From Chrysomallon squamiferum (taxonomy: Eukaryota > Animalia > Mollusca), in NCBI GenBank assembly GCA_012295275.1, contig CM022665.1, forward strand, positions 33,852,001-33,916,000: a DNA stretch of 64,000 nt, written 5' to 3'. Of the stretch, positions 1 through 14,500 are shown one piece after another. The notes under the pieces were generated by a model. It was not told the origin of the DNA. It did no database searches and worked only from the letters and a program-made list of their open reading frames with translations. Both the position numbers and the translations under genes were made by a program. Each line of letters begins with the position of its first letter. Positions within the stretch are counted from its first letter, which is position 1.

Positions 1-233
1 AGTAAATTAAGTTTTAATACACGAAGTAATTGGTGACTGGAATGTTTTCATCCATAATACATGTTCAATTATTACATTAAACCATATACACAATTAGCTT
101 CCTGTTCTAGTGAAAGGTATATTTTTTTATAAATAAATATGAATTATATGCTTTTAAAAGTTCAATTTATATACTCTCTACTGTTTTAATATTAATACTG
201 CTGCAGACAAATTTTGTATTCATTTGTTACCTA

Positions 234-338
<105 letters not shown>

Positions 339-1099
339 TTATCATCTATAAAAGAGGTGTATATACTGTTATGTAGAACTTAAATTTTATCTTTGATAGT
401 AACTGGAAAAAAGAAACAAATAACTAATTATTAAATAATTCATCAAAACACTGTTATGGTTTATAGGTGCATTTTGAGTCACAGCATGATTAGTAACACA
501 GATTTTTTCACATATTCATTATTTCCATTTCAAAAGTTTATTCTGTCTCATAAATGATATACAGTTATAACAGGTACCAGCAGCCTCATTAGCATAGTAG
601 AACAGAGCTACGAAGAGTACAGATTTTGTTTCCTTCATTTCCAAATCCCTCCTATAAAATGTAAAATGAAAAACAAATATATGGAAATAAAAATCATTAT
701 GATCCTAACAAGTACTAAACTACTGCTTGAAACATCATAAGATTGTAGTCCTTTTAAATATTATATATACATAGATCACATTACTTTTTTAACTTGCTAC
801 CACTAATGATTTAAAATACTTAAAAAGTGAAAAATCAAATTTGCTACCTCTTGCCCTAACCACCTATTTAATAAGATAAAACATATCCAAGTTCAAACAT
901 ATGTGAAACAATTGGCCTTTATGTACAGTTTTAAATTTCTTGTCCGCTGCATCAAACTAATAATCATGTACATAATTTAATATTAATCTAGCTAAAGTAA
1001 ATGATCAACATAATTTTAACTATAATGTTTTAGAATGTTTTTCACACTTTTTCACTATTAAATGCAACACACACACACACACAGATGTTGCAAATGTGT

Positions 1100-3850
1100 G
1101 AAAGATTCCTGCAGTAACATTAAACTCTATGATCACTCATGAACTCATTCTCTCCACTCAGGTGACACTTTAGAAGATTTGAAGGATGCTTTCCTGCAGC
1201 ATTGTTAGAGGAAGATGAAAAGAAGAACATGCAAATCATGAATAGACTTCTTGTACAAGTAAAACTGCTGAAGCAAACCATGGGAGGAGACTGAAATATT
1301 TGTCAGTAAGTTCACGAGTGCATCAAGTGTCCATACCTTCAAGCTCTTCAAGTGATAAGCATTACTCGGATTCAGGATTTTATTCACATTATTCAACAGT
1401 TTCAGAAAATTCATCCCCAAACGTGAGTGCAGCAGAGGCCAACTTATAATTTATTCATGGAGGATCGGAACTTGCTCCTGTGAGGATCTTGAAAGGAAAT
1501 GTTCTGCTTTGAAGGAAGAAAATATAACTCTAAATTAGGATGGAAGTGACAAGTGTGCAATACTTTCTACTCAACATTTCATTTATTGGATCTTGCAGTA
1601 AATCTGAATAGTGAAAAGGAAGGGAATAGTCATCTTCAAGAACAAAAGTCAGCATTATTCAATGAGAGGGACCAGCTCAATACTGAACTGAAGTCCCTGA
1701 AGGAGAACATTCTGAGGGGGCATATAAGCAGTTGTTAAATGGGACAAAACAATGTTAAAATCCAACAGGGAGCTCCTCCAGAAGTCCACTTTACAAACAC
1801 AGCAGAGTGAGCAATTGCTCGGGAAAGTCAGACTTTTCCAGTGTATGCTATACAGAATTGAAACTAATGGAAAGGCAATAACAGGACAGAAAGAAAATCT
1901 GGAATAGGAAAACAACAACCTACAAAGCCATCTCACAAAGTTGCAAGCTGCTAATGAAAACAAATAGATGATTCATTGAAAGACCTTAGATACTGGGTAC
2001 TTTTTACCAAATGCAAAGTTGTGCCTAAGGGAAATGACTGGTGAACATGACACTGGAGCCAGCATCCTTGAAGGTGACATACATCAGAAAGAAGTGTTGG
2101 TTGATTCATGGATGTAGCCACATAATAAGCAAGATGCATGTGACAGATGACATATTTAATTCAGATAACTTTGATCACCATGCACAGAGCACTACAAAAA
2201 TGGAGAAAAAAAAAAACAGGTTGGCCACCAAGTGACTATGGCCAGAATTTCAGAATCGACTTAACTGTGCTGAAAACTGAAAATACTAGATGCCTTGTAA
2301 CTTTAGCTGCTAACATATTAGAGGAGTTGTCACTTGTCTTCGAGGAAGAAAAAAGGCAGGAGATATTTTTAGACTTATCTCCAAAAAAATCAATGGACTC
2401 ATGTCTGACAGAGCAGCAGCCATGAAGAGCTATAAATGTTCACCAACCTCAGAAAAGACCTCATGCATCTGGAGTTCCTGTTTCCTATTTCCTAGATTGT
2501 ATAAATGCTGTGGACAAAGCCTTCAAATTGATACACGGGAAAAGAATGCTTAGCAATGTTTGCTGGATCCAAAAGAGAACATCCTGCTACCAATCTCATG
2601 TGGCTGCCTATGACTGTGAGGGGATGAGAAATTTGGATGCAGGGAAAACAGGCTTGCATAATGTATGTTAAACCAGTTGAAGTCTGAAATAATTTTTCTT
2701 TAAAGGTAACAGATCCAACCTCTTTGAAGCCAGTGCAAGTCTCCCTTTTCACTGCCAAGAAATCCTTGGTTTCAAGGAGTCCTGAATGACAGCAATGAAC
2801 TGGAAGCAAGACGATATCCTTGTTGACAACAGATTTGACACAGGTAACATGTTGCCCGTGACCTGCTTTTCTACCTGGCCGGAGTCTCTACTTCTATACC
2901 TACATGGTCATGATGAAGATTTTGGAAATATAAAGCATTTAATCATAATTTTGCACAGTGTATTAACTATTAATATAATCATTAATTTAATGATCCTGAA
3001 AAATGGCAGATGCTGACCTGACTGTACTTACAAAATAAATGTAAACAACAACTGTATACATTCTTTCATACTTGTTTCTCTCCTGGAGTGAGGTTTGGGA
3101 CTGCAATCAGGATTTTTTAAATAGTAAAATAGATATACTGCAGTAAAAACAGTGCTCCTATTTTCCAGATGGGCTGCACATTGATGGTAATAGGAAACAA
3201 AAAGTCTGTGTAATGCTCAAGACACTGAAAACAATTCCAAGCTGAACAACACTGCCAAAGAACAGTGTCTTGGGGACCTAGATTTCAGCATGTTTAACAA
3301 AGGGAATATCTCTGCATGTTAACACCATCATCAACATTCTGAAAAGAACCAAGAACATGTCCAACTGGTTCTCCACACAAGCAGCTCAACAACAAACGGC
3401 AATGCTGTACCTGGTAACTTCACAAGCAAAAGAGCTGCAAAAAACCCACCACACTGCAAGACAGGAAATGTTGACCACTTGTTGAAAGTCTATGCAGATC
3501 ATCTCGCTTCTCTCAAAACTAAGTCCAGTACCAGACACTTATAATGATTGTGAAATGACCACTATTTAAAACAAGTCAGAAGCGGTCTAAGCAGTTTCTT
3601 GGTGTTAGGGCAAAACAAAATGTACCAGTTAGACGAAGAAAGAACTTCCAAGAAAATGTGACTTCACAACAGTGGCAAATGTTTCTCCTACCAGAATATT
3701 CAACCTGGCATGGACTTAGTCATTGACCATGAAGACAATTGCTATGTAGGAGAAATTCTTACGATTTTACATCTTACAGGTGCAAAACAAATTATTTACC
3801 CAACTCTGTCAGAAAAATATGCCAGAAAATATACCATTGTATATATCATT
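1100..3850 (+). mobile_element. Heavily decayed DNA-transposase-like coding remnant, family unassigned
   Basis: Broken + strand frames give coiled-coil-like text (1553 ORF), then MSDRAAAMKSY (2401), SLKGNR..LFEASA (~2697-2740), CLGDLDFSMF (~3265) and NMSNWFSTQ (~3355). These resemble invertebrate DNA-transposon proteins as I recall them. Many stops and frameshifts; termini not found and boundaries approximate. Confidence 0.45.
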
Positions 3851-5164
3851 TGAATCACTGGAGGTAGTCATAATTTTATTTCATTTTGTTGGGGTTTTTT
3901 TTGCTAATATTTATCTAAAACGACAGACTGATAGTAATGCATTTACTTTTTAAATAACAAAATGTTATGGAATATTTATTATTTCTGTGCTTTAGACAAG
4001 ACTGAATACAAATTAGATATCACAACTTACCTGTCAAGTAAATTGTAAATATTATCATTATATATTTAGGTATGTGCAGACACTTTTCCCTAATTAGCTT
4101 TTCATTGGTTCACATTATGTTATTTCAGGAGGATTCCACCATAAAAACACAGGTGGGAAATCCATGAACATTCTTGTTTTTGAATATTTTGATCTGATTG
4201 TTTTTCTGTATCAATGCTGATTTTTAAAAATTCTCAATTTTTGACATGCTTGAATTGCTTAAGTTGAACATCAAACATGAATGAAAGGTAGTTGGTTATA
4301 TTATAGTTTTTCATCTTATTGTCTTTGAAATTCTATCAAGAAATGACAAGTCTAACACTTGTTATCTTGCTCAGTTCAGCAATGAATAGTCAAAGTGTAT
4401 TGGAGGACCAAAATTCCTGCTTAATGACTTGTGCCTGAGGATGGATTATGTTGACTTATTCCTCTTAAATGACTTATATATTACATAATGATGGAAAAAA
4501 GATGTCCCTAATGTTATATTGGTATTTATCATCCATAACTGCGTCTAGTTTCAGATGACTTGGGATTTTAAAATGGTCATATGCTGTAGTCTTGTTTTAA
4601 TTTTTACAGGTCATTCAACCATATTTTGCATTCCTTTTTAGTTTTTTCTTTTTTAAATGATCAGGGCTAGGTTTTGCCCAGAATTACTGGTTCTTTGGGT
4701 TAATTTTTCTAACTTAATTTGAACCATTTTTATACTCTTGCCTTCTCTACTCATTCATTTATTAAGCATCATCTTTCTAATTTTCTGAAACTCTTTTGAA
4801 GCTCATTGTTTCTTTCCATTTTTGATGCCTTTGAACAAGAATAAACACGGCATCATCAAACCTAACACCCAATCAGGCTTAGCTAGACAGCATCTTCAAG
4901 AAAATTATTCCACAATGCCTGCAGCAGATCAATTTTTGAACAGACATGTGCTATTTATTTATACCATCTATGATTATAGTCAAACAAAGGCCATCAATAA
5001 ATTATGTTATCATTTGTCACCTGAATCTGCACTAATTCCTAGACCTACTCTATTGAGACTTACTGACGGAATTCAGTAATCATAATGATGTTTTTCAGAA
5101 TTTATCTGAAACATGTGATAAAGTTGCAATCCACAACTTGTCACTGTTTACCCAGACATGATAC

Positions 5165-5495
5165 ACTGGGTAGTTTGAAAAATAACTGATACAAAAGACT
5201 TAAAATCAACTCGTTAAATGAGCTCATTTTTTTCAGACCTGTATATTTGTATCTGTGTTCACAATAACATGCTAAACATGCCAAAATCTTCAAAATGACA
5301 CACAACAGAATGCTCCTAAAATGATTAAAAGTGCAAACAGACACTGTGATTTCAGTTTTGGTCTTATTTGAAAAATGCAACCAGTATTGTGAACAATTTG
5401 TCAAGCTCTTTCAAATGACATACTTGAGTCTAACATTTTTAATAAAAAATCTTTTTCCTGCCAAGCCCATAAAAAAAAATTACTTTTCTATTTGA
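5165..5495 (+). repeat. Dispersed repeat, copy 1 (copy 2 at ~50150-50430)
   Basis: Collinear shared blocks in both copies: gtagtttgaaaa, aaatgagctca, tgtgttcacaataa, ccaaaatcttcaaaa, gtcttatttga, tttcaaatgacatacttga, ctgccaagcccataaaaaaa. Confidence 0.75.
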
Positions 5496-5548
5496 AGTAA
5501 AAATGTGAGTCAGTGCTCAATTCAGTCCACAGGAACCATGTAACATTG

Positions 5549-8500
5549 TTAACAGCGTTTAAAGACCTGCTTGAAAACAGAACGCATTCAATGCTGTCTG
5601 TTATGTGTGTACCGATTGAAAGTTTCGGAGTCCGAGCGATTGCGAGGTGTGTTCGTCTCATCTCAATTAACAGAAACACAAACTACCTCATCGAAATCAG
5701 ATGTAATGATTAACCCTTAACAGGGTTTAAAGAGCTGCTTGAAAACAGAACGCATTCAATGCTGTCTGTTATGTGTGTACCCGATTGAAAGCTTCGGAGT
5801 CCGAGCGATTGCGAGGTGTGTTCGTCTCTTCTCAATAAACAAAATCACGCACAACACCATGGAAATCACATGTAATGATTAAACCTTAACAGCGTTTAAA
5901 GAGCTGGTTGAGAACTGTACGGATTCAATGCAGTCTGTTATGTGTGTATCCGATTGAAAGTTTCGGAGTGCGAGCGATTACGAGGTGTGCTCGTCTCATC
6001 TCAATCAACAGAAACACGCACTACCTCATCAAAATCAGATCTAGTGATTAACCCTTAACTGCGATTAAAGAGCTGCCTGAAAACAGAACGCATTCAATGC
6101 TGTCTGTTACGTGTGCATACGATTGGAAATTTCGGAGTGCGAGCGGTTGCGAGATGTGTTCGTCTCTTCTCAATAAACGCACATACCCACCAGCTCATCA
6201 AAATCAGATCTAATGATTAACCCTTAACAGCGTTTAAAGACCTGCCTGAAAACAGAACGCATTCAATGCTGTCTGTTAGGTGTGTATAAGATTGAAAGTT
6301 TCGGAGCGCGAGCGGTTGCTAGGTCCGTTCGTCTCTTCTCAACAAACAGAAACACGCACTACCTCATCAAAATCAGATGCAATGATTAACCCTTACCACC
6401 GTTTAAACAACTGCTTGAGATCTGAACGCCTTCAATGCAGTCTGTTATGTGTGCGTACGATTGAAAGTTTCGGTGTGCGAGCGGTTGCGACGGGTGTTCG
6501 TCTCTTCTCAACAAACAGAAACACGCACTACCTCATCAAAATCAGATGCAATGATTAACCCTTTACACCGTTTAAACAACTGCTTGAGATCTGAACGCCT
6601 TCAATGCAGTCTGTTATGTGTGTATACGATTGAAAGTTTCGGTGTGCGAGCGGTTGCGACGGGTGTTCGTCTCTTCTCAACAAACAGAAACACGCACTAC
6701 CTCATCGAAATCAGATGTAATGATTAACCCTTTATCCCGTTGAAAGACCTGTTTGAGAACTGAACGCATTCAATGCAGTGTGTTATGTGTGCGTACGATT
6801 GAAAGTTTCGGTGTGCGAGCGGTTGCGAGGTGTGTTCGTCTCTTCTCAATAAACGCACGTACCCACCAGCTCATCAAAATCAGAAGGAATGATTAACCCT
6901 TTACACCGTTTAAACAACTGCTTGAGATCTGAACGCCTTCAATGCAGTCTGTTATGTGTGTATACGATTGAAAGTTTCGGTGTGCGAGCGGTTGCGAGGT
7001 GCGTTCGTCTCTTCTCAACAAACAGAAACACGCACTACCTCATCAAAATCAGATGCAATGATTAACCCTTTACACCGTTTAAACAACTGCTTGAGATCTG
7101 AACGCCTTCAATGCAGTCTGTTATGTGTGCGTACGATTGAAAGTTTCGGTGTGCGAGCGGTTGCGACGGGTGTTCGTCTCTTCTCAACAAACAGAAACAC
7201 GCACTACCTCATCAAAATCAGATGCAATGATTAACCCTTTACACCGTTTAAACAACTGCTTGAGATCTGAACGCCTTCAATGCAGTCTCTTATGTGTGCG
7301 TACGATTGAAAGTTTCGGTGTGCGAGCGGTTTCGACGGGTGTTCGTCTTCTTCTCAACAAACAGAAACACGCACTACCTCATCAAAATCAGATGTAATGA
7401 TTAACCCTTTACACCGTTTAAACAACTGCTTGAGATCTGAACGCCTTCAATGCAGTCTCTTATGTGTGCGTACGATTGAAAGTTTCGGTGTGCGAGCGGT
7501 TGCGACGGGTGTTCGTCTCTTCTCAACAAACAGAAACACGCACTACCTCATCAAAATCAGATGTAATGATTAACCCTTTACACCGTTTAAACAACTGCTT
7601 GAGATCTGAACGCCTTCAATGCAGTCTGTTATGTGTGCGTACGATTGAAAGTTTCGGTGTGCGAGCGGTTGCGAGGTGTTCGTCTCTTCTCAACAAACAG
7701 AAACACGCACTACCTCATCGAAATCAGATGCAATGATTAACCCTTTATCCCGTTTAAACACCTGCTTGAGATCTGAACGCCTTCAATGCAGTGTGTTATG
7801 TGTGCGTACGATTGAAAGTTTCGGTGTGCGAGCGGTTGCGAGGTGTGTTCGTCTCTTCTCAATAAACGCACGTACCCACCAGCTCATCAAAATCAGAAGG
7901 AATGATTAACCCTTTACACCGTTTAAACAACTGCTTGAGATCTGAACGCCTTCAATGCAGTCTGTTATGTGTGTGTACGATTGAAAGTTTGCGAGCGGTT
8001 TCGGTGTGCGAGCGGTTGCGAGGTGTGTTCGTCTCTTCTCAACAAACAGAAACACGCACTACCTCATCAAAATCAGATGCAATGATTAACCCTTTACACC
8101 GTTTAAACAACTGCTTGAGATCTGAACGCCTTCAATGCAGTCTCTTATGTGTGCGTACGATTGAAAGTTTCGGTGTGCGAGCGGTTGCGACGGGTGTTCG
8201 TCTCTTCTCAACAAACAGAAACACGCACTACCTCATCAAAATCAGATGCAATGATTAACCCTTTACACCGTTTAAACAACTGCTTGAGATCTGAACGCCT
8301 TCAATGCAGTCTGTTATGTGTGCGTACGATTGAAAGTTTCGGTGTGCGAGCGGTTGCGACGGGTGTTCGTCTCTTCTCAACAAACAGAAACACGCACTAC
8401 CTCATCAAAATCAGATGCAATGATTAACCCTTTACACCGTTTAAACAACTGCTTGAGATCTGAACGCCTTCAATGCAGTCTGTTACGTGTGTATACGATT

Positions 8501-11500
8501 GAAAGTTTCGGTGTGCGAGCGGTTGCGACGGGTGTTCGTCTCTTCTCAACAAACAGAAACACGCACTACCTCATCAAAATCAGATGCAATGATTAACCCT
8601 TTACACCGTTTAAACAACTGCTTGAGATCTGAACGCCTTCAATGCAGTCTTTTATGTGTGCGTACGATTGAAAGTTTCGGTGTGCGAGCGGTTGCGACGG
8701 GTGTTCGTCTCTTCTCAACAAACAGAAACACGCACTACCTCATCAAAATCAGATGCAATGATTAACCCTTTACACCGTTTAAACAACTGCTTGAGATCTG
8801 AACGCCTTCAATGCAGTCTGTTATGTGTGCGTACGATTGAAAGTTTCGGTGTGCGAGCGGTTGCGACGGGTGTTCGTCTCTTCTCAACAAACAGAAACAC
8901 GCACTACCTCATCAAAATCAGATGCAATGATTAACCCTTTACACCGTTTAAACAACTGCTTGAGATCTGAACGCCTTCAATGCAGTCTGTTATGTGTGTA
9001 TACGATTGAAAGTTTCGGTGTGCGAGCGGTTGCGACGGGTGTTCGTCTCTTCTCAACAAACAGAAACACGCACTACCTCATCAAAATCAGATGCAATGAT
9101 TAACCCTTTACACCGTTTAAACAACTGCTTGAGATCTGAACGCCTTCAATGCAGTCTCTTATGTGTGCGTACGATTGAAAGTTTCGGTGTGCGAGCGGTT
9201 GCGACGGGTGTTCGTCTCTTCTCAACAAACAGAAACACGCACTACCTCATCAAAATCAGATGCAATGATTAACCCTTTACACCGTTTAAACAACTGCTTG
9301 AGATCTGAACGCCTTCAATGCAGTCTGTTATGTGTGCGTACGATTGAAAGTTTCGGTGTGCGAGCGGTTGCGACGGGTGTTCGTCTCTTCTCAACAAACA
9401 GAAACACGCACTACCTCATCAAAATCAGATGCAATGATTAACCCTTTACACCGTTTAAACAACTGCTTGAGATCTGAACGCCTTCAATGCAGTCTGTTAT
9501 GTGTGCGTACGATTGAAAGTTTCGGTGTGCGAGCGGTTGCGACGGGTGTTCGTCTCTTCTCAACAAACAGAAACACGCACTACCTCATCAAAATCAGATG
9601 CAATGATTAACCCTTTACACCGTTTAAACAACTGCTTGAGATCTGAACGCCTTCAATGCAGTGTTTTATGTGTGCGTACGATTGAAAGTTTCGGTGTGCG
9701 AGCGGTTGCGACGGGTGTTCGTCTCTTCTCAACAAACAGAAACACGCACTACCTCATCAAAATCAGATGCAATGATTAACCCTTTACACCGTTTAAACAA
9801 CTGCTTGAGATCTGAACGCCTTCAATGCAGTCTCTTATGTGTGCGTACGATTGAAAGTTTCGGTGTGCGAGCGGTTGCGACGGGTGTTCGTCTCTTCTCA
9901 ACAAACAGAAACACGCACTACCTCATCAAAATCAGATGCAATGATTAACCCTTTACACCGTTTAAACAACTGCTTGAGATCTGAACGCCTTCAATGCAGT
10001 CTGTTATGTGTGCGTACGATTGAAAGTTTCGGTGTGCGAGCGGTTGCGACGGGTGTTCGTCTCTTCTCAACAAACAGAAACACGCACTACCTCATCAAAA
10101 TCAGATGCAATGATTAACCCTTTACACCGTTTAAACAACTGCTTGAGATCTGAACGCCTTCAATGCAGTCTGTTATGTGTGTGCGTACGATTGAAAGTTT
10201 CGGTGTGCGAGCGGTTGCGACGGGTGTTCGTCTCTTCTCAACAAACAGAAACACGCACTACCTCATCAAAATCAGATGCAATGATTAACCCTTTACACCG
10301 TTTAAACAACTGCTTGAGATCTGAACGCCTTCAATGCAGTCTTTTATGTGTGCGTACGATTGAAAGTTTCGGTGTGCGAGCGGTTGCGACGGGTGTTCGT
10401 CTCTTCTCAACAAACAGAAACACGCACTACCTCATCAAAATCAGATGCAATGATTAACCCTTTATCCCGTTTAAACAACTGCTTGAGATCTGAACGCCTT
10501 CAATGCAGTCTCTTATGTGTGCGTACGATTGAAAGTTTCGGTGTGCGAGCGGTTGCGACGGGTGTTCGTCTCTTCTCAACAAACAGAAACACGCACTACC
10601 TCATCAAAATCAGATGCAATGATTAACCCTTTACACCGTTTAAACAACTGCTTGAGATCTGAACGCCTTCAATGCAGTCTGTTATGTGTGCGTACGATTG
10701 AAAGTTTCGGTGTGCGAGCGGTTGCGACGGGTGTTCGTCTCTTCTCAACAAACAGAAACACGCACTACCTCATCAAAATCAGATGCAATGATTAACCCTT
10801 TACACCGTTTAAACAACTGCTTGAGATCTGAACGCCTTCAATGCAGTCTCTTATGTGTGCGTACGATTGAAAGTTTCGGTGTGCGAGCGGTTGCGACGGG
10901 TGTTCGTCTCTTCTCAACAAACAGAAACACGCACTACCTCATCGAAATCAGATGTAATGATTAACCCTTTATCCCGTTTAAACAACTGCTTGAGATCTGA
11001 ACGCCTTCAATGCAGTCTCTTATGTGTGCGTACGATTGAAAGTTTCGGTGTGCGAGCGGTTGCGACGGGTGTTCGTCTCTTCTCAACAAACAGAAACACG
11101 CACTACCTCATCAAAATCAGATGCAATGATTAACCCTTTACACCGTTTAAACAACTGCTTGAGATCTGAACGCCTTCAATGCAGTCTTTTATGTGTGCGT
11201 ACGATTGAAAGTTTCGGTGTGCGAGCGGTTGCGACGGGTGTTCGTCTCTTCTCAACAAACAGAAACACGCACTACCTCATCAAAATCAGATGCAATGATT
11301 AACCCTTTACACCGTTTAAACAACTGCTTGAGATCTGAACGCCTTCAATGCAGTCTTTTATGTGTGCGTACGATTGAAAGTTTCGGTGTGCGAGCGGTTG
11401 CGACGGGTGTTCGTCTCTTCTCAACAAACAGAAACACGCACTACCTCATCAAAATCAGATGCAATGATTAACCCTTTACACCGTTTAAACAACTGCTTGA

Positions 11501-14500
11501 GATCTGAACGCCTTCAATGCAGTCTGTTATGTGTGCGTACGATTGAAAGTTTCGGTGTGCGAGCGGTTGCGACGGGTGTTCGTCTCTTCTCAACAAACAG
11601 AAACACGCACTACCTCATCAAAATCAGATGCAATGATTAACCCTTTACCCGTTTAAACAACTGCTTGAGATCTGAACGCCTTCAATGCAGTCTCTTATGT
11701 GTGCGTACGATTGAAAGTTTCGGTGTGCGAGCGGTTGCGAGGTGTGTTCGTCTCTTCTCAACAAACAGAAACACGCACTACCTCATCAAAATCAGATGCA
11801 ATGATTAACCCTTTACACCGTTTAAACAACTGCTTGAGATCTGAACGCCTTCAATGCAGTCTTTTATGTGTGCGTACGATTGAAAGTTTCGGTGTGCGAG
11901 CGGTTGCGACGGGTGTTCGTCTCTTCTCAACAAACAGAAACACGCACTACCTCATCAAAATCAGATGCAATGATTAACCCTTTACACCGTTTAAACAACT
12001 GCTTGAGATCTGAACGCCTTCAATGCAGTCTGTTATGTGTGCGTACGATTGAAAGTTTCGGTGTGCGAGCGGTTGCGACGGGTGTTCGTCTCTTCTCAAC
12101 AAACAGAAACACGCACTACCTCATCAAAATCAGATGTAATGATTAACCCTTTATCCCGTTTAAACAACTGCTTGAGATCTGAACGCCTTCACTGCAGTCT
12201 CTTATGTCTGTATACGATTGAAAGTTTCGGTGTGCGAGCGGTTGCGACGGGTGTTCGTCTCTTCTCAACAAACAGAAACACGCACTACCTCATCAAAATC
12301 AGATGCAATGATTAACCCTTTATCCCGTTTAAACAACTGCTTGAGATCTGAACGCCTTCAATGCAGTCTGTTATGTGTGTATACGATTGAAAGTTTCGGT
12401 GTGCGAGCGGTTGCGACGGGTGTTCGTCTCTTCTCAACAAACAGAAACACGCACTACCTCATCAAAATCAGATGCAATGATTAACCCTTTACACCCGTTT
12501 AAACAACTGCTTGAGATCTGAACGCCTTCAATGCAGTCTCTTATGTGTGCGTACGATTGAAAGTTTCGGTGTGCGAGCGGTTGCGACGGGTGTTCGTCTC
12601 TTCTCAACAAACAGAAACACGCACTACCTCATCAAAATCAGATGCAATGATTAACCCTTTACACCGTTTAAACAACTGCTTGAGATCTGAACGCCTTCAA
12701 TGCAGTCTTTTAGGTGTGCGTACGATTGAAAGTTTCGGTGTGCGAGCGGTTGCGACGGGTGTTCGTCTCTTCTCAACAAACAGAAACACGCACTACCTCA
12801 TCAAAATCAGATGCAATGATTAACCCTTTACACCGTTTAAACAACTGCTTGAGATCTGAACGCCTTCAATGCAGTCTCTTATGTGTGCGTACGATTGAAA
12901 GTTTCGTGTGCGAGCGGTTGCGACGGGTGTTCGTCTCTTCTCAACAAACAGAAACACGCACTACCTCATCAAAATCAGATGCAATGATTAACCCTTTACA
13001 CCGTTTAAACAACTGCTTGAGATCTGAATGCCTTCAATGCAGTCTGTTACCTGTGTATACGATTGAAAGTTTCGGTGTGCGAGCGGTTGCGACGGGTGTT
13101 CGTCTCTTCTCAACAAACAGAAACACGCACTACCTCATCAAAATCAGATGCAATGATTAACCCTTTACACCGTTTAAACAACTGCTTGAGATCTGAACGC
13201 CTTCAATACAGTCTCTTATGTGTGCGTACGATTGAAAGTTTCGGTGTGCGAGCGGTTGCGACGGGTGTTCGTCTCTTCTGAACAAACGGTAACACGCACT
13301 ACCTCATCGAAATCAAATGTAATGATTAACCCTTTATCCCGTTGAAATACCTGTTTGAGAACTGAACGCATTGGATGCAGTGTGTTATGTGTGCGTACGA
13401 TTGAAAGTTTCGGTGTGCGAGCGGTTGCGAGGTATGTTCGTCTCTTCTCAATAAACGCACGTACCCACCAGCTCATCAATATCAGAAGGAATGATTAACC
13501 CTTTACCCCGTTTAAAGACCTGCTTGAGATCTGAACGCCTTCAATGCAGTCTCTTATGTGTGCGTACGATTGAAAGTTTCGGTGTGCGAGCGGTTGCGAG
13601 GTGCGTTCGTCTCTTCTCAACAAACAGAAACACGCACTACCTCATCAAAATCAGATGCAATGATTAACCCTTTACACCGTTTAAACAACTGCTTGAGATC
13701 TGAACGCCTTCAATGCAGTCTCTTATGTGTGCGTACGATTGAAAGTTTCGGTGTGCGAGCGGTTGCGACGGGTGTTCGTCTCTTCTCAACAAACAGAAAC
13801 ACGCACTATCTGATCAAAATCAGATGCAATGATTAACCCTTTACACCGTTTAAACAACTGCTTGAGATCTGAACGCCTTCAATGCAGTCTTTTATGTGTG
13901 CGTACGATTGAAAGTTTCGGTGTGCGAGCGGTTGCGACGGGTGTTCGTCTCTTCTCAACAAACAGAAACACGCACTACCTCATCAAAATCAGATGCAATG
14001 ATTAACCCTTTACACCGTTTAAACAACTGCTTGAGATCTGAACGCCTTCAATGCAGTCTTTTGTGTGCGTACGATTGAAAGTTTCGGTGTGCGAGCGGTT
14101 GCGACGGGTGTTCGTCTCTTCTCAACAAACAGAAACACGCACTACCTCATCAAAATCAGATGCAATGATTAACCCTTTACACCGTTTAAACAACTGCTTG
14201 AGATCTGAACGCCTTCAATACAGTCTCTTATGTGTGCGTACGATTGAAAGTTTCGGTGTGCGAGCGGTTGCGACGGGTGTTCGTCTCTTCTCAACAAACA
14301 GAAACACGCACTACCTCATCAAAATCAGATGCAATGATTAACCCTTTATCCCGTTTAAACAACTGCTTGAGATCTGAACGCCTTCAATGCAGTCTCTTAT
14401 GTGTGTATACGATTGAAAGTTTCGGTGTGCGAGCGGTTGCGAGGTGTGTTCGTCTCTTCTCAACAAACAGAAACACGCACTACCTCATCAAAATCAGATG

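Noticed and set aside
5709-5730. TTAACCCT..AGGGTTTAA hairpin resembling piggyBac-type ends within a monomer
   Set aside because: The inverted match occurs in only one diverged edge monomer; the consensus lacks it.
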